A stretch of 63,269 bases of DNA, counting the filler, from Octopus bimaculoides (lineage: Eukaryota): NCBI RefSeq assembly GCF_001194135.2. It is 6 parts of 6 records of this genome, joined end to end, with 100 filler letters (N's around TTAATTAATTAA, not from the genome) between each part and the next. Parts side by side here need not be neighbours in the genome. Positions count along the whole stretch, not along the records: positions 7,148 to 16,426 come from NW_026433106.1; positions 16,527 to 46,007 come from NC_068988.1; 4 more parts are not named here. The stretch is one strand, 5' to 3'. Shown here piece after piece: positions 12,501 to 25,222 of the stretch; positions within the stretch are counted from its first letter, which is position 1, and every line of letters starts with the position of its first letter. Under the pieces are notes generated by a model. That model did no database searches and was not told the DNA's origin. It worked only from the letters and a program-made list of their open reading frames with translations. The position numbers and the translations under genes were made by a program.

Positions 12501-13334
12501 TACACTAGCAGAGAAAGTAATAGATAAACAAGGAACGATATAAAACTATAGAAACAGGAGACTTCCCTCCAGGGATGGAGTATTCTGGAAAGTAAGCTGG
12601 TCATGTGACACCATAAATTTGAATAATGGATAATACTTGTCCTGGTGTGTGGCTGACACTGGATATGTATTTGGGTATATATTTTATGGGCGTGTGTACA
12701 CACATGTATCTGTGTGTGTTTATATATATGTATACGTACATCTTTGTATATATCTATACATAGACAGATATGTATATATTGCATACATATATAAACACAC
12801 ACATATTCAAATTTATGTATCTCTATACATAAATATATGTATATATATGCATATATATATACACACACACACACATATATATATATACACACACACAATC
12901 ACACACAGATATATATATATACATATACACACACATATATGTTTGTGTATTTTTATACATAAACATACATAGGAATACATATATGCATGCATGCATGTAT
13001 GTATATATGGATACACTAATGCTCATGTGTTTATGGGTGGGTACAATTTCCCGTGCATACGATCACTGATACATCTACCCCTACACTCAACCATTTATAC
13101 ACCCATGTATGTGTGTATACACAAGAACATGCAAAGAGGGTATCATTGTACCCAAGGGGGATGGTTGAATCCATTGTAAATGGTCCTTTCTGTAGATGTC
13201 ATGGGGTAATGTTCTAGTCGGTGGTGGTGGTCGTGGGATTGGAAGGCAGCCTTATGTAACTGTTTATGGGAGAAGCATGACATGCTGACCTTGTGGTTAT
13301 TGCATAATGGCGGGGGTTGGGGGGTTGTGTGTGT

Positions 13335-13582
13335 GTGTGTGCAGTAAGGATTTTGCTTCCCGACTGCATGGTGCCAGGTTCAGTTCCGGGCTCGGTCTGC
13401 CTGACTATAAACCTTTTAAGTCGGTGCTCTAGCATGGCCACAGTCGAATGACTTAAACAGAGACCGATAGAATAAGTACTAGGCTTCCAAAGAATAAGTC
13501 CTGGGGTCGATTTGTTCGAGTAAAGGCGGTGCTCCAGCATGGCCGCAGTCAAATGACTGGAACAAGTAGAAGAATAAAAGAG
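13335..13582 (+). mobile_element. SINE family 1, rearranged copy
   Basis: Head fragment plus a duplicated tail (gcggtgctctagcatggccacagtc twice). Confidence 0.75.
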
Positions 13583-14329
13583 TGAATACACATTTTTTTT
13601 TTTTATGCATCCCTTTTAAAGCCTTGCCAGGCTCATGGGGCCCNNNNNNNNNNNNNNNNNNNNNNNNNNNNNNNNNNNNNNNNNNNNNNNNNNNNNNNNN
13701 NNNNNNNNNNNNNNNNNNNNNNNNNNNNNNNNNNNNNNNNNNNNNNNNNNNNNNNNNNNNNNNNNNNNNNNNNNNNNNNNNNNNNNNNNNNNNNNNNNNN
13801 NNNNNNNNNNNNNNNNNNNNNNNNNNNNNNNNNNNNNNNNNNNNNNNNNNNNNNNNNNNNNNNNNNNNNNNNNNNNNNNNNNNNNNNNNNNNNNNNNNNN
13901 NNNNNNNNNNNNNNNNNNNNNNNNNNNNNNNNNNNNNNNNNNNNNNNNNNNNNNNNNNNNNNNNNNNNNNNNNNNNNNNNNNNNNNNNNNNNNNNNNNNN
14001 NNNNNNNNNNNNNNNNNNNNNNNNNNNNNNNNNNNNNNNNNNNNNNNNNNNNNNNNNNNNNNNNNNNNNNNNNNNNNNNNNNNNNNNNNNNNNNNNNNNN
14101 NNNNNNNNNNNNNNNNNNNNNNNNNNNNNNNNNNNNNNNNNNNNNNNNNNNNNNNNNNNNNNNNNNNNNNNNNNNNNNNNNNNNNNNNNNNNNNNNNNNN
14201 NNNNNNNNNNNNNNNNNNNNNNNNNNNNNNNNNNNNNNNNNNNNNNNNNNNNNNNNNNNNNNNNNNNNNNTATATTGTTTATATAATAAATTACGCTGTG
14301 CGTATCTGTGTGTGTAACAATTTTAGAGT

Positions 14330-14635
14330 TCGGATTCTAGAGTTAGGGTTAGTTTTAGGGTTAGGGTTAACAGTCTAGTTAGGGTTAGGGGTTTAATACG
14401 ATATACACCGTTACAGCGCTAACTGTTTTCAACTGAATAGACGTCAGTGATTAGTAGAAATTATCGAAATAAGACAATTTTTTACATGAAATAAATTCGA
14501 ATACAAAAATATTTTTCTGTTCTATAACACAAAATAGATAAGTATACGAAGTTTGAAAGTCTTTCCGTACCAAAAACACTACATAAAACATAAATGAAAA
14601 CTGGCGCCCCCGTTTTAAAATAGATCCAGTACCAG
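14330..14635. repeat. Interspersed element containing degenerate TTAGGG repeats
   Basis: gagttagggttagttttagggttagggtt...ttagggttagggg; ends ggcgcccccgttttaaaatagatcc. Element class is not established. Confidence 0.5.
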
Positions 14636-15179
14636 GATTACAAAAAAAGAAGAAAGTACTAGGTTTGATTCAGTCGACTAAAGATTCTTCGAGGTGGTGC
14701 CCCAGCATGGCCACAGTCTGATTGACTGAAACAAGTAAAAGATAAACACGTGTGTGCATGCATGTGATTGTGTATGTGTGTGCATGTGATTCTGTGTGTG
14801 TGTGTGTGTGTGTGTATTTGTATAGGTATAGGCTTGTAAGTGAACAACTCTTTGAAACACGTTTTTATTGAAGACACAATCACCTTATGTTGTCATCACG
14901 TCCATCCACCTTTTCCCACGTCTGCATATTCCCCACCCCACCCCCATTATCACTCCATTACAATAACTCTCCCTGTGTCATCTAATTCATCATTCCCATA
15001 CTTTCTCATCCTGGTCTTCAGGATGTGAAGTTGTTTGCACACTTCGTCGTGGGTGGCTCATGTTTTATCTAGATTTTTTTTTTTTTTCCCATATAAATTT
15101 GACCTTTGATGCCTCATTCTTCTGCATCATTTAGAGTTTTAAATATGTAACATGCCTATCCACCCTGCGTTATCGTCAT

Positions 15180-15392
15180 TGTTTAATGTCAACCTTCCAT
15201 ACTGGCAGGGGTGGATGGACCTGACAAGACTACCCCAGGCTACTGCGTCGGTTTTGGCATGGTTTTCACAGCCGGATACCGTTCCTAACACCAGCCACCC
15301 TGCAAAGTGGACTGGATGTGTTTTACATGGCACAAGGTCAGGTTTGGCAAGGTTTTTACAGCTGGATGCCCTTCCTAACACCAACCACCAAC
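15180..15392 (-). mobile_element. RTE-LINE 3'-region-like repeat, diverged
   Basis: cagctggatgcccttcctaacaccaaccac. Confidence 0.65.
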
Positions 15393-15599
15393 TATTTGTA
15401 TCTATTTTTCTATCTTACTCTCTCTCTCTCTCTCTATTTCTCTATTTCTCTCTCTCTCTATTTCTCTCTCTCTCTGTATCTCTCTCTATTTCTTTCTCTC
15501 TCTCTCTCTCTCTGTATCTTTCCCCCGCTCTCTCTCTCTTTCTCTGTTTCTCTCTTTCTCTCAATTTATTTCTCCACCTTATCTAGTTGTCTGTCTACA

Positions 15600-16426
15600 C
15601 ACACACTGACACACACACACACACACTCACATACCACACACACACACACACTCACGTTCCACACACACACACTCACGTGCCACACACACACTCACGTACC
15701 ACACACACACACTCACGTACCACACACACACACTCAGGTTCCACACACACACANNNNNNNNNNNNNNNNNNNNNNNNNNNNNNNNNNNNNNNNNNNNNNN
15801 NNNNNNNNNNNNNNNNNNNNNNNNNNNNNNNNNNNNNNNNNNNNNNNNNNNNNNNNNNNNNNNNNNNNNNNNNNNNNNNNNNNNNNNNNNNNNNNNNNNN
15901 NNNNNNNNNNNNNNNNNNNNNNNNNNNNNNNNNNNNNNNNNNNNNNNNNNNNNNNNNNNNNNNNNNNNNNNNNNNNNNNNNNNNNNNNNNNNNNNNNNNN
16001 NNNNNNNNNNNNNNNNNNNNNNNNNNNNNNNNNNNNNNNNNNNNNNNNNNNNNNNNNNNNNNNNNNNNNNNNNNNNNNNNNNNNNNNNNNNNNNNNNNNN
16101 NNNNNNNNNNNNNNNNNNNNNNNNNNNNNNNNNNNNNNNNACACACACACTCACGTACCACACACACACACTCAGGTTCCACACACACACACTCACGTGC
16201 CACACACACACACACACTCACGTGCCACACACACACTCACGTACCACACACACACACTCAGGTTCCACACACACACACTCACGTGCCACACACACACACA
16301 CACTCACGTGCCACACACACACTCACGTACCACACACACACACTCAGGTTCCACACACACACACTCACGTGCCACACACACACACACACTCACGTGCCAC
16401 ACACACACTCACGTACCACACACACA
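15600..16426. repeat. (CA)n-based minisatellite with 86-bp higher-order repeat
   Basis: Monomers ctcacgtacc/ctcaggttcc/ctcacgtgcc separated by (AC)n; tcacgtacc recurs at 16151, 16237, 16323 and 16409. Confidence 0.9.
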
Positions 16427-16894
16427 NNNNNNNNNNNNNNNNNNNNNNNNNNNNNNNNNNNNNNNNNNNNTTAATTAATTAANNNNNNNNNNNNNNNNNN
16501 NNNNNNNNNNNNNNNNNNNNNNNNNNATATATATATATATACACACACATAAGGATAAGCATATTAAAAGGGGCCCGTGAGAAACTCATTTAAATGAAAG
16601 GGTTGGGAACCACTGGTACAGAAAACGGACTGGAGTATATACTAGCTGGAATAAAATTATTGTATATGTTCACAGGAACATAAATATTTTATAAAATAAT
16701 TGTATGTTTTGGAGATGATGAATTTATATTACGTGCATTATACTCTCTGTGTTCGCTGACATTTAAAAGCTTTTCTTTTGGCTTCAGTTGCTTTTGAAGA
16801 ATTACCTTAATACCTTGCCTGCGATTGAACTTACCATTCCATGGAGACTGACCAGCGTAGTAGATAGAGATGTTAGTTAAGCCATATATATATT

Positions 16895-16995
16895 CTTTTC
16901 TACTCTAGGCACACGGCCGAAATTTGGGATGACGGGGACATTTGATTAGATCGACCCAAGTACGCAAATGGTACTTAATTTATTGACCCCGAATA
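16895..16995 (-). mobile_element. SINE family 2, partial
   Basis: ctaggcacacggccgaaattt...tggtacttaatttattgaccccgaa. Confidence 0.75.
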
Positions 16996-17339
16996 AAGCT
17001 TTAAGTTCGAAATTCCGATAGAACAACTTAGTACATCAGAAGACACCTGGAGAAGACAGGAGCCTACAACGGCCGAAGCGTAGTGATAGCATCGATGAAG
17101 ACCCTGTCCCATTAATATAAACAGTTTACAAAGTAGCAGTTTGTTTTTTCATGTACACACATGTATATAGTTAAACACATCTACATCCACACTCGCATAT
17201 ATTTGAATATGCACGCATAAACACGCGGAAACGTATATATGTATGAAGTGGAAATTTTTTAAAAGCTGATTTTGTTGACTTTTTAGCGCCAAGTGACTTT
17301 CGCTCAACTAGAAAAAACATCTCTTTCTAAAACATTCTT

Positions 17340-17640
17340 AGAAATGACATATTTTCCGTATCAAATGATGACAAAATAATACTATCCGGCGAATTTAATG
17401 TCAGGTTACTGTGAAAGTAGCAATCATGTTCGTGTTTGAGTGACTTCAATAAAAGCAAAAGATTAGTAATCAATGCTCTGTTTTTTTATTATTTTTTTAT
17501 CAGAAGCTCAAGCATAAACTTAAGAGCTCTTTCGCAAAGAAAATAATAATATCATTGTTACCAGGACATCCGATCACCATAGTTTACTTCTATGAAAATA
17601 TTCCTGAAAAATTTGAGCTCGTAGAAATCAGACGTTCATT
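17340..17640 (+). pseudogene. Possible decayed LINE AP-endonuclease fragment
   Basis: Reads DIFSVSNDDKIILSGEFNVR, similar to the RTE APE motif IILxGDFNxR; the rest is heavily disrupted. Confidence 0.35.
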
Positions 17641-18322
17641 ATACTAGGAATTACGCAATCTTAATTTATCTAGGAAAGAAGGGTTATTTTAAGCACCATA
17701 AAATTAACTTAAGAAATATTCAATACTAACATAGAGAAAAATTAAAATTATCATTAAAATAAATTTATGTGTTTATATATGTTTTAAATTTAAGCTAACG
17801 GTTACGAAAACCCACTTGTTGTATAACCTGGATAGTTGGAGAAGAATTAAGCATGTCTCCAAAACATACATATAGAATTAAAAGTAAAATTGCTATTTCG
17901 TAGCAATCCTTATTTTTAAAATTGTATATACGAAAAATCAGTACAGAGACAAGGTAAAGAAAAATAAATACATAGTTGGAATTAGTTTGACTCAGTGGAA
18001 GCTGGGATATAGAAGAAGTATGTTAAACGTTTCACGTACACACCCTTCTTCAGAAAGTACATATCGGATGAATACAATAGAGAAGAAATTGGAGAAATTG
18101 AAACGCACGTTTACAAAGGCGCACACGTATGCACACACACACACAGACACACACATACACTCACATGCGCACACCCACCCACACATACGTGCACACACAT
18201 GCACATTAAAAGAGAGAATGAGAGAGAGAGAGAGAAAGAGAGGGAAAGAAAGAGAGACATGGTGCAAGAGCAAACGAGAGAGGTAACGTTATGAAATCTA
18301 TGTAAGTGCCCTGATATTTTAC

Positions 18323-18365
18323 CGGTTTTGTAACGATCGATATCTGTACATAAATATTTATGTTT
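18323..18365 (-). CDS. Candidate 43-nt exon (KHKYLCTDIDRYKT)
   Basis: Acceptor tattttctttattcattcctacag, donor ccg|gtaaaa. Confidence 0.25.
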
Positions 18366-18835
18366 CTGTAGGAATGAATAAAGAAAATAGATAGGTGTTA
18401 CCAAAAGCCACAATAAAAGCAACATAACAAACGCATACACATATAAAAGACAGAACACTTTCTCACACGTACACAAAAACAGTCAATATATGCACACATG
18501 CTGAATTATATTACATGCGCTGGATTATCTATAAATCAGATACATAATTAGATCAGTAGAACGAAATATAGATAGATAAGTACTATTGATGTTGAACTTT
18601 GGTCACATGAAGTGAACGTTAATGATACATTTTCTATACATTATATAAAAAAAAAGTAGTTTGTACAATATCGAAGATTATGTAACAGAAAATCAATTCC
18701 AGTGACTCAAAATTAATCGAAGAGTAGATAGAAGTGCATGACGTAGCTATGTGAAATAACTCAAATGAGCTAATGTTGCGAATGCAAATGCGTAATTTAA
18801 TAGTAGAGACTAAATAAATACGCCACACACGCACA

Positions 18836-18911
<76 letters not shown>

Positions 18912-19245
18912 NNNNNNNNNNNNNNNNNNNNNNNNNNNNNNNNNNNNNNNNNNNNNNNNNNNNNNNNNNNNNNNNNNNNNNNNNNNNNNNNNNNNNNNNN
19001 NNNNNNNNNNNNNNNNNNNNNNNNNNNNNNNNNNNNNNNNNNNNNNNNNNNNNNNNNNNNNNNNNNNNNNNNNNNNNNNNNNNNNNNNNNNNNNNNNNNN
19101 NNNNNNNNNNNNNNNNNNNNNNNNNNNNNNNNNNNNNNNNNNNNNNNNNNNNNNNNNNNNNNNNNNNNNNNNNNNNNNNNNNNNNNNNNNNNNNNNNNNN
19201 NNNNNNNNNNNNNNNNNNNNNNNNNNNNNNNNNNNNNNNNNNNNN

Positions 19246-19360
19246 GGAGAAAAATATTTGCGAAGATATTAACTCTATTATTATCCAGGGTAGCAGTTAA
19301 AGTCATGATAATAGAATCAAGAATATAGGCGATTGCAGGTCCCCCAAAAGCGTTAAATAG
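19246..19360 (-). CDS. Candidate exon running into gap (LFNAFGGPAIAYILDSIIMTLTATLDNNRVNIFANIFL)
   Basis: Acceptor aatcttaatccttcag; phase-0 frame open for 38 codons up to the N gap. Confidence 0.4.
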
Positions 19361-19410
19361 CTGAAGGATTAAGATTTATATTAATCAAAGGACATATTCA
19401 GTATGTCTAC

Positions 19411-19447
19411 CTGCTGGAAATGACAGACAAAACTCTTATTTAAATCG
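19411..19447 (-). CDS. Candidate 37-nt exon (DLNKSFVCHFQQ)
   Basis: Very strong acceptor gttttttttttgtttttttttttcag; donor cag|gtagac; only the phase-2-start frame is open. Confidence 0.4.
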
Positions 19448-19539
19448 CTGAAAAAAAAAAAACAAAAAAAAAACGCTGCTGATAACTACAGAAATCAACT
19501 GTCAGAGTGCAAACGGGTAAAGAACATTATTCAACATAC

Positions 19540-19580
19540 ATTCTAGTATTACGTACAGAGAAATCATCTGGAGTGACTTA
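19540..19580 (-). CDS. Candidate 41-nt exon (KSLQMISLYVILE), possibly alternative
   Basis: Acceptor ttttccttctctcatgcag, donor aat|gtatgt; 92-nt intron to the next exon. Its inclusion gives a stop two codons later. Confidence 0.3.
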
Positions 19581-21102
19581 CTGCATGAGAGAAGGAAAAT
19601 GAATTAGATGTGAAATGAAGATGTTACTCGATCGAGAGTGAGGTTAAGTGAGAACCGATGTGTAATGTGTTGAAGAGGATGGTGAAAAGTTGCCTTAGTA
19701 TACGTAGTAATGCACATCGAATGTCCTCCTGAATGTGATCAGTAAGGCAACAGCCAGTTTCCCCATAGTTAAATGTGTCGCAAAGATTTTAGGTAACACA
19801 CTAAACGATGCTCGAAGATGTGCAGTAGAAGTTTTGGGCACTACGTTACTCTGATCTCGCTGATGATTGTACTAGTGTTAATGAATTCACAGGCGTGGTA
19901 TTTCAGTGGGAGCATTGAAAGTGCATATTTTAATGTAACTTTTCGCTACTCAGATTTTGTTTAGGCCGTTGCCGAGGCTGGGAAATGTATTGCGGGAATG
20001 ATAAGAACTGTTTTTTTTCTTTTAGTTAGTAAGTAGGATTTGGAAGGTGCAGATGACAGCATGTGTTAATGGGTTCAGGGAAACTTGAAGTTGAGGAAGG
20101 GTGGAATATGTTCTGTAAGTGTACGTAAAAAGGAGATAGGGGTTCACAACAGACTGAAGGTGTCCACAATTCAGCAAGAATTGTCGTATTCTTTCGCATC
20201 GGGACTAGCAATATCGGCGGAATCGAAAAAAAAATGAGGGATTAGGATAACAAATTTAGTGTCCTAAAGTAAAGGGTGTTCCTCAAAGAAGAGGGATGTG
20301 AAACTCTGCTCCTTTCTTTTTATTTCTCTCCGCTTATTTTTACTCTGAAGAAATATTTTGTTATAAATAATGGCTACTCCAAAACCAAAAGCAATTTCAA
20401 CTCTGCTCATTCTCTCTCTTTCTCTCTCACTCTGTGTATATATGTATAGTTAAAGAAGTAAATGCTAATTCGATATGATTTTCTTAAATTTTTATTACAT
20501 TTAGATAAAGTAGGTGCAACCTAACTATATCTATACTTCCAGCATAGATACGAATATTATAATCTTTAAAAATGCTTCACATCGAGACTACATTCTGTTG
20601 AAAATTAATTGCCATTTAGTATTTAGTCAAAAACTTGCGTTTTGTATGGAAACAAAAATTAGTTTCGTTTATACTCAACAGTCTCATTTACACACAACTC
20701 TATTTCAACCTAGTGAAATGGACTATTAATTTTCACTTATCTTATTCGAAATGATAGACAATCATTATTTCTTTGGTAAAAGACAGAGCCCATTTGTGTA
20801 CAATAGTTCAAGATATATTCTGAAAGTAAGAATATTTCATGGAGGAATAATCGTTCATCAAACATTCACAAAATTAAAGTTGGCTCCACAGTCAAACAAC
20901 ATGGACTATAATAATAATAATCTACTCATAAGAACGGAGTAATGATATTCTCCGAGTCGTCTAAGAACAAAATTAAGAAACTGGATTGTGTGATGTAAAT
21001 CCCCAAAAGCAAAACAAAGTTTGATGTACGCTAGAAAATGTTTAAAATACTACATAGAAATTCATAAATATTAAAATAGCTGCAGAAAACACAAATATAT
21101 AC

Positions 21103-21171
21103 ATAAGCAGAAGTTCTTTTACTCTTTCAAATCTAATGTATTTGACTTTTCTAATTCCATTTCCTATGAGA
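21103..21171 (-). CDS. Candidate 69-nt phase-2/2 exon encoding an LRR-like unit (SLIGNGIRKVKYIRFERVKELLL)
   Basis: Long polypyrimidine tract ttttttttgtatctttttcctacagaatacag; donor tat|gtatat; xLxxNxIxxVxxxxFxxVxxL pattern. An outer AG 7 nt upstream would give 76 nt. Confidence 0.5.
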
Positions 21172-21306
21172 CTGTATTCTGTAGGAAAAAGATACAAAAA
21201 AAATACAAATAACAGTCGCAACATTGAGAGAAAAACCAAGAAATTCTTGTTTTTGTTGTCGTTGTTGGTGGTATTGTCTTTCGTGTTTATTGCTATTAGT
21301 TGTTGC

Positions 21307-21341
<35 letters not shown>

Positions 21342-22064
21342 GAATTAGTATTATGTTTTAAACAATTTCAATGACTCTAAAATTTAAGCAAATAAAAATT
21401 CAAACAAAAAAGTTTCGTATCATTGTTTGGAAGTCAATGATATGATATAAAATGAAGGAACAGGAATGAAAAATACATCAATGTGTCTATTTTAGTCATT
21501 TTTGTTTTATCCTTTGAGCATTTTTGTATGTTTCCTTTCTTTTGAATGTGTGTGCTCAATCATAAAAGTAATGAAAAATCTTAATATCTATCAATCATAT
21601 ACACACTCTCTCTCCTCTCGGTCTGCCACACTCTGTATTTGTCGCTTTGACTTTTCTCTCTCTCTCTCTCTCTCAGTTTATCTATATCTTTAATCTCTCC
21701 ATACATTATATAGACGATCCAAGGATCCGAGTTTAGGAAATTTGTAAGCTTCAAACACTGTTTAACAGGTGGAGAGAACACGAAGTGGACAGTATAAAAT
21801 AAGAAACAATAGCAATTTATTGGCATCGTGAGTTACAAAATTTTCCCCATCTCGAAGTTCCGACGAAATTCAATAAACTGATAATTTCTATATAGTTCAC
21901 AGTTAGCAGCTGGAGCTGCTACAAGTGCGAATAAAAATTCCAAATTGAGGGAGCGGGACGGATAAAATGCACGCAAAATTTGTTTTTTAGCTAGCTGAAG
22001 ATTATAACGTAGTAGTTATGCAGCTTGCAATGTTCAACGTAGCAAATCATCAGACTGCAATTAC

Positions 22065-22133
22065 CTTAATGAAATGAAAGTTACATTGTGACTTGCAATT
22101 GCCAAGTCAGTTCCACTGCACTGGTGCGTTGAA
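22065..22133 (-). CDS. Candidate 69-nt phase-2/2 exon (STHQCSGTDLAIASHNVTFISL)
   Basis: Acceptor ttttctctcactgttttctccattcag, donor aag|gtaatt; single open frame; resembles the end of an LRR N-cap (C..T.L....NVT..SL). Confidence 0.5.
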
Positions 22134-22969
22134 CTGAATGGAGAAAACAGTGAGAGAAAATTATTAAAAGATTTAAAGTCAAGAAGTGTGTCAACGGGAA
22201 GGATGGGATCAAAATATACAACAGTGGGAATGGTTTAGATTTGAGGAGTATGAATTAAAAAAGAGAGGAGGGGAATAAAGAAGAAGATAAAAGGGAAGAG
22301 AAAATAATTGTTATAATTAAGGGGAAAATTTATGGTCATACATTTTATCTAGTTATTCGAATCCAGTCATTCGAATTAATAAGATTAAAGAAGTGGTGTG
22401 CGCTCTGCAGGAATACATGGTATCAGTACAACCGGCCTGCCTGCCTAGATCACAAAACACATACACATCCACTCGTCCTCGCAAATAAACGCGCACATAC
22501 AAAAACCGCACGCACAGACAAAATATGTAAATAAATTCACACGTAAATAAACGCACACAAACACACACGTGTGGCTAAAGGCATCACACAATCGTATAAA
22601 ATCGTATATATATATATATATATATATATATANNNNNNNNNNNNNNNNNNNNNNNNNNNNNNNNNNNNNNNNNNNNNNNNNNNNNNNNNNNNNNNNNNNN
22701 NNNNNNNNNNNNNNNNNNNNNNNNNNNNNNNNNNNNNNNNNNNNNNNNNNNNNNNNNNNNNNNNNNNNNNNNNNNNNNNNNNNNNNNNNNNNNNNNNNNN
22801 NNNNNNNNNNNNNNNNNNNNNNNNNNNNNNNNNNNNNNNNNNNNNNNNNNNNNNNNNNNNNNNNNNNNNNNNNNNNNNNNNNNNNNNNNNNNNNNNNNNN
22901 NNNNNNNNNNNNNNNNNNNNNNNNNNNNNNNNNNNNNNNNNNNNNNNNNNNNATATATATATATATATA

Positions 22970-23156
22970 AAAACAAATAGTAAATGAGTATATGCATATA
23001 TACGTACAGGTATGTGCATACCGACATCCACCTATATGTATAGGTGCATATCTGGGTACAGGACATTGCAAACAAACGTAGACGAGAACACACGAGCCAC
23101 ATAGAGAACATCTCCTTCATCAGCCACCCACGTTTTAACACCGGCGTTTCGACGAG

Positions 23157-23160
<4 letters not shown>
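22970..23160 (-). mobile_element. Non-coding repeat bounded by (TA)n with permuted hammerhead-like motifs (Penelope-like?)
   Basis: Homologous to the arms at 58216-58522 (gcacatataggtacaggacat); carries GAAAC-palindrome and CTGATGA on the minus strand. Confidence 0.5.
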
Positions 23161-23189
<29 letters not shown>

Positions 23190-23192
<3 letters not shown>

Positions 23193-23350
23193 GGCTTCTT
23201 TCAGTTTCCGTCTATCAAATTCACCCACGAGGCTTTGTTCGACCGGAGGATATAGTAGAAAGAAAGTTGCCCAAGGTTCCACGCATTGGGACCGAACCAT
23301 GAACCATGTGATTGGTGAGTAAGCTTCTTACCACACAACCATCCTAGCGC
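23190..23350 (-). mobile_element. SINE family 1, 5' half
   Basis: cgggcttctttcagtttccgtcta...aagcttcttaccacac. Confidence 0.85.
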
Positions 23351-24883
23351 CTATGTATATATCTATATGCATGTGTGTGTGTGTGTGTGTGTATGCGTAT
23401 GCAAGTGTGCGTAGATGCAAGGGTCAATAGTAAGTAAGAGGCAGTCTGAAGCAGTCTGGATGGTGTGTGAATGGGTGAGTGTGTGTGTGTATGTGTGTGT
23501 GTGTGTATGTGTGTGTGTATGTGTGTGTGTTTTGGCATGCGGGCGTAAGATATGTTTCTTTGTTTTTTCTATCCATTAATCTGCCTAGGTATTAATTAAT
23601 ATGGAAATAAGATACATTTGTGTGTGTGCATGTGTACTCGAGCGTGTGCGCAATATAACTCACAGGTTGCATATATCTGCATCATAAGTTTTATATTCGT
23701 AGACTTTATGTACATATGCAGCATAAAATGTTTTCTCTCTGAAACTTCCTTCTGAATAATATACATAAACTCCAATATATGCAACGTAACTAACAGTAAA
23801 ATCAGGAATTACATGAATTACATAAAAAAACAACTGCAATCATTCCCACCAGTTAAAAGTAAAATAACACTATTACTTGTTTCGATACACACTGTCATTA
23901 GTATAAAATTGATCGAGTAAGAAATTAAAAGTTCAGAGCAATGCACACATAGTACATGCACCAATCACCTAGTGACAGCAATAATTCTATCAAATTACAT
24001 TTAACATTTAACACTTATAGAACAAAAGTATGAATGTAATCGAAGATATAATAGACATGATCCCGAGATATGCTTCCTCTGCACCACAGAATAAGTCGAC
24101 ATAACAGTTTATCAATCCCACAATTGAAACTGTAATTTCACGTTGCATTTACCGTAATAAATGCATTTTTCACTGGCATGAATTACGTGCAAGTTGAATA
24201 GGAATTGATCTAATAGTATAGGACATTGGTGTAGAGGGATGGCAAACTCTCTGCAAATAGTGAAACGGACAACAAAAATCGATGTACCCAACAATTTCAC
24301 TAATTTCAGTCATACAGAAAACCAGACAGATACCTCCTACCGATATTGGATAATAAAATGATAGAAGAACAATACAATTTGCAGAAATGGGAATAAAACA
24401 CCTATATAGACTCATACAGAATCAATATGTTCGGCCACTCGCATTTAATGTAAACAGTAAAATTGAATGCAATAGCAAAATGACCAACAAGGACAAAAGA
24501 ACCGATTAATTAGCTAATGAGAATAAACAAGAGAAAACTTATAAAAATCAAAGGTAACATATGCAAACATTTGACGAAAGTGAAAGACATCAGGTAGAGA
24601 AACTAGATATAATAAACGAACAGACAAAAATGAAAATTGAAGGTCTAGCCTATGGGATTCAACATAGAAAAGGTAAAACTATGAACCTTGTATAACGGAA
24701 GCAATTATTAGAGACTGTTCAACACAAACGACGTAACAAAATGAGTGTGAGATACCGAAACATTATTTTCCTCAAATATAGTGTGGACTCTGCCTCCCGT
24801 CGAGACAATGGAATCCAGTTAATATACTTTCACACGCATTCAAAGAATACTTACTCGTGTCTTCAGAAGACGTAAGATGGCAG

Positions 24884-24956
<73 letters not shown>

Positions 24957-25182
24957 GTCTATCTATCTGTATGTATATAAANNNNNNNNNNNNNNNNNNN
25001 NNNNNNNNNNNNNNNNNNNNNNNNNNNNNNNNNNNNNNNNNNNNNNNNNNNNNNNNNNNNNNNNNNNNNNNNNNNNNNNNNNNNNNNNNNNNNNNNNNNN
25101 NNNNNNNNNNNNNNNNNNNNNNNNNNNNNNNNNNNNNNNNNNNNNNNNNNNNNNNNNNNNNNNNNNNNNNNNNNNNNAAGGG

Positions 25183-25222
25183 TCCCTTTACGTTTCGAGC
25201 AAAGCTCTTCTTCAGAAACAGA
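25183..25222 (-). ncRNA. Minimal type-I hammerhead ribozyme motif
   Basis: Minus strand: gTTT-CTGAAGA-A-GAGC-ttt-GCTC-GAAA-CG-TA-AAG. Complete core, 4-bp stem II, ACGT palindrome, GUA triplet. Confidence 0.7.

Noticed and set aside
15600-16426. CRISPR-like array
   Set aside because: Eukaryotic context; the spacers are (AC)n rather than unique sequence; no cas genes.
17040-17095. ctggaga...ggccgaagcgt hammerhead-like remnant
   Set aside because: Both core segments are mutated and stems are poor.
20730-20820. LRR-like frame LLYTNGLCLLP after an acceptor at 20820
   Set aside because: In-frame stop occurs before any donor.
24810-24870. CTGAAGA-CACG...CGTG-t-GAAA on the minus strand, and a strong minus-strand donor cga|gtaagt
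   Set aside because: Stem I gives 1 bp only; no credible acceptor upstream of the donor.
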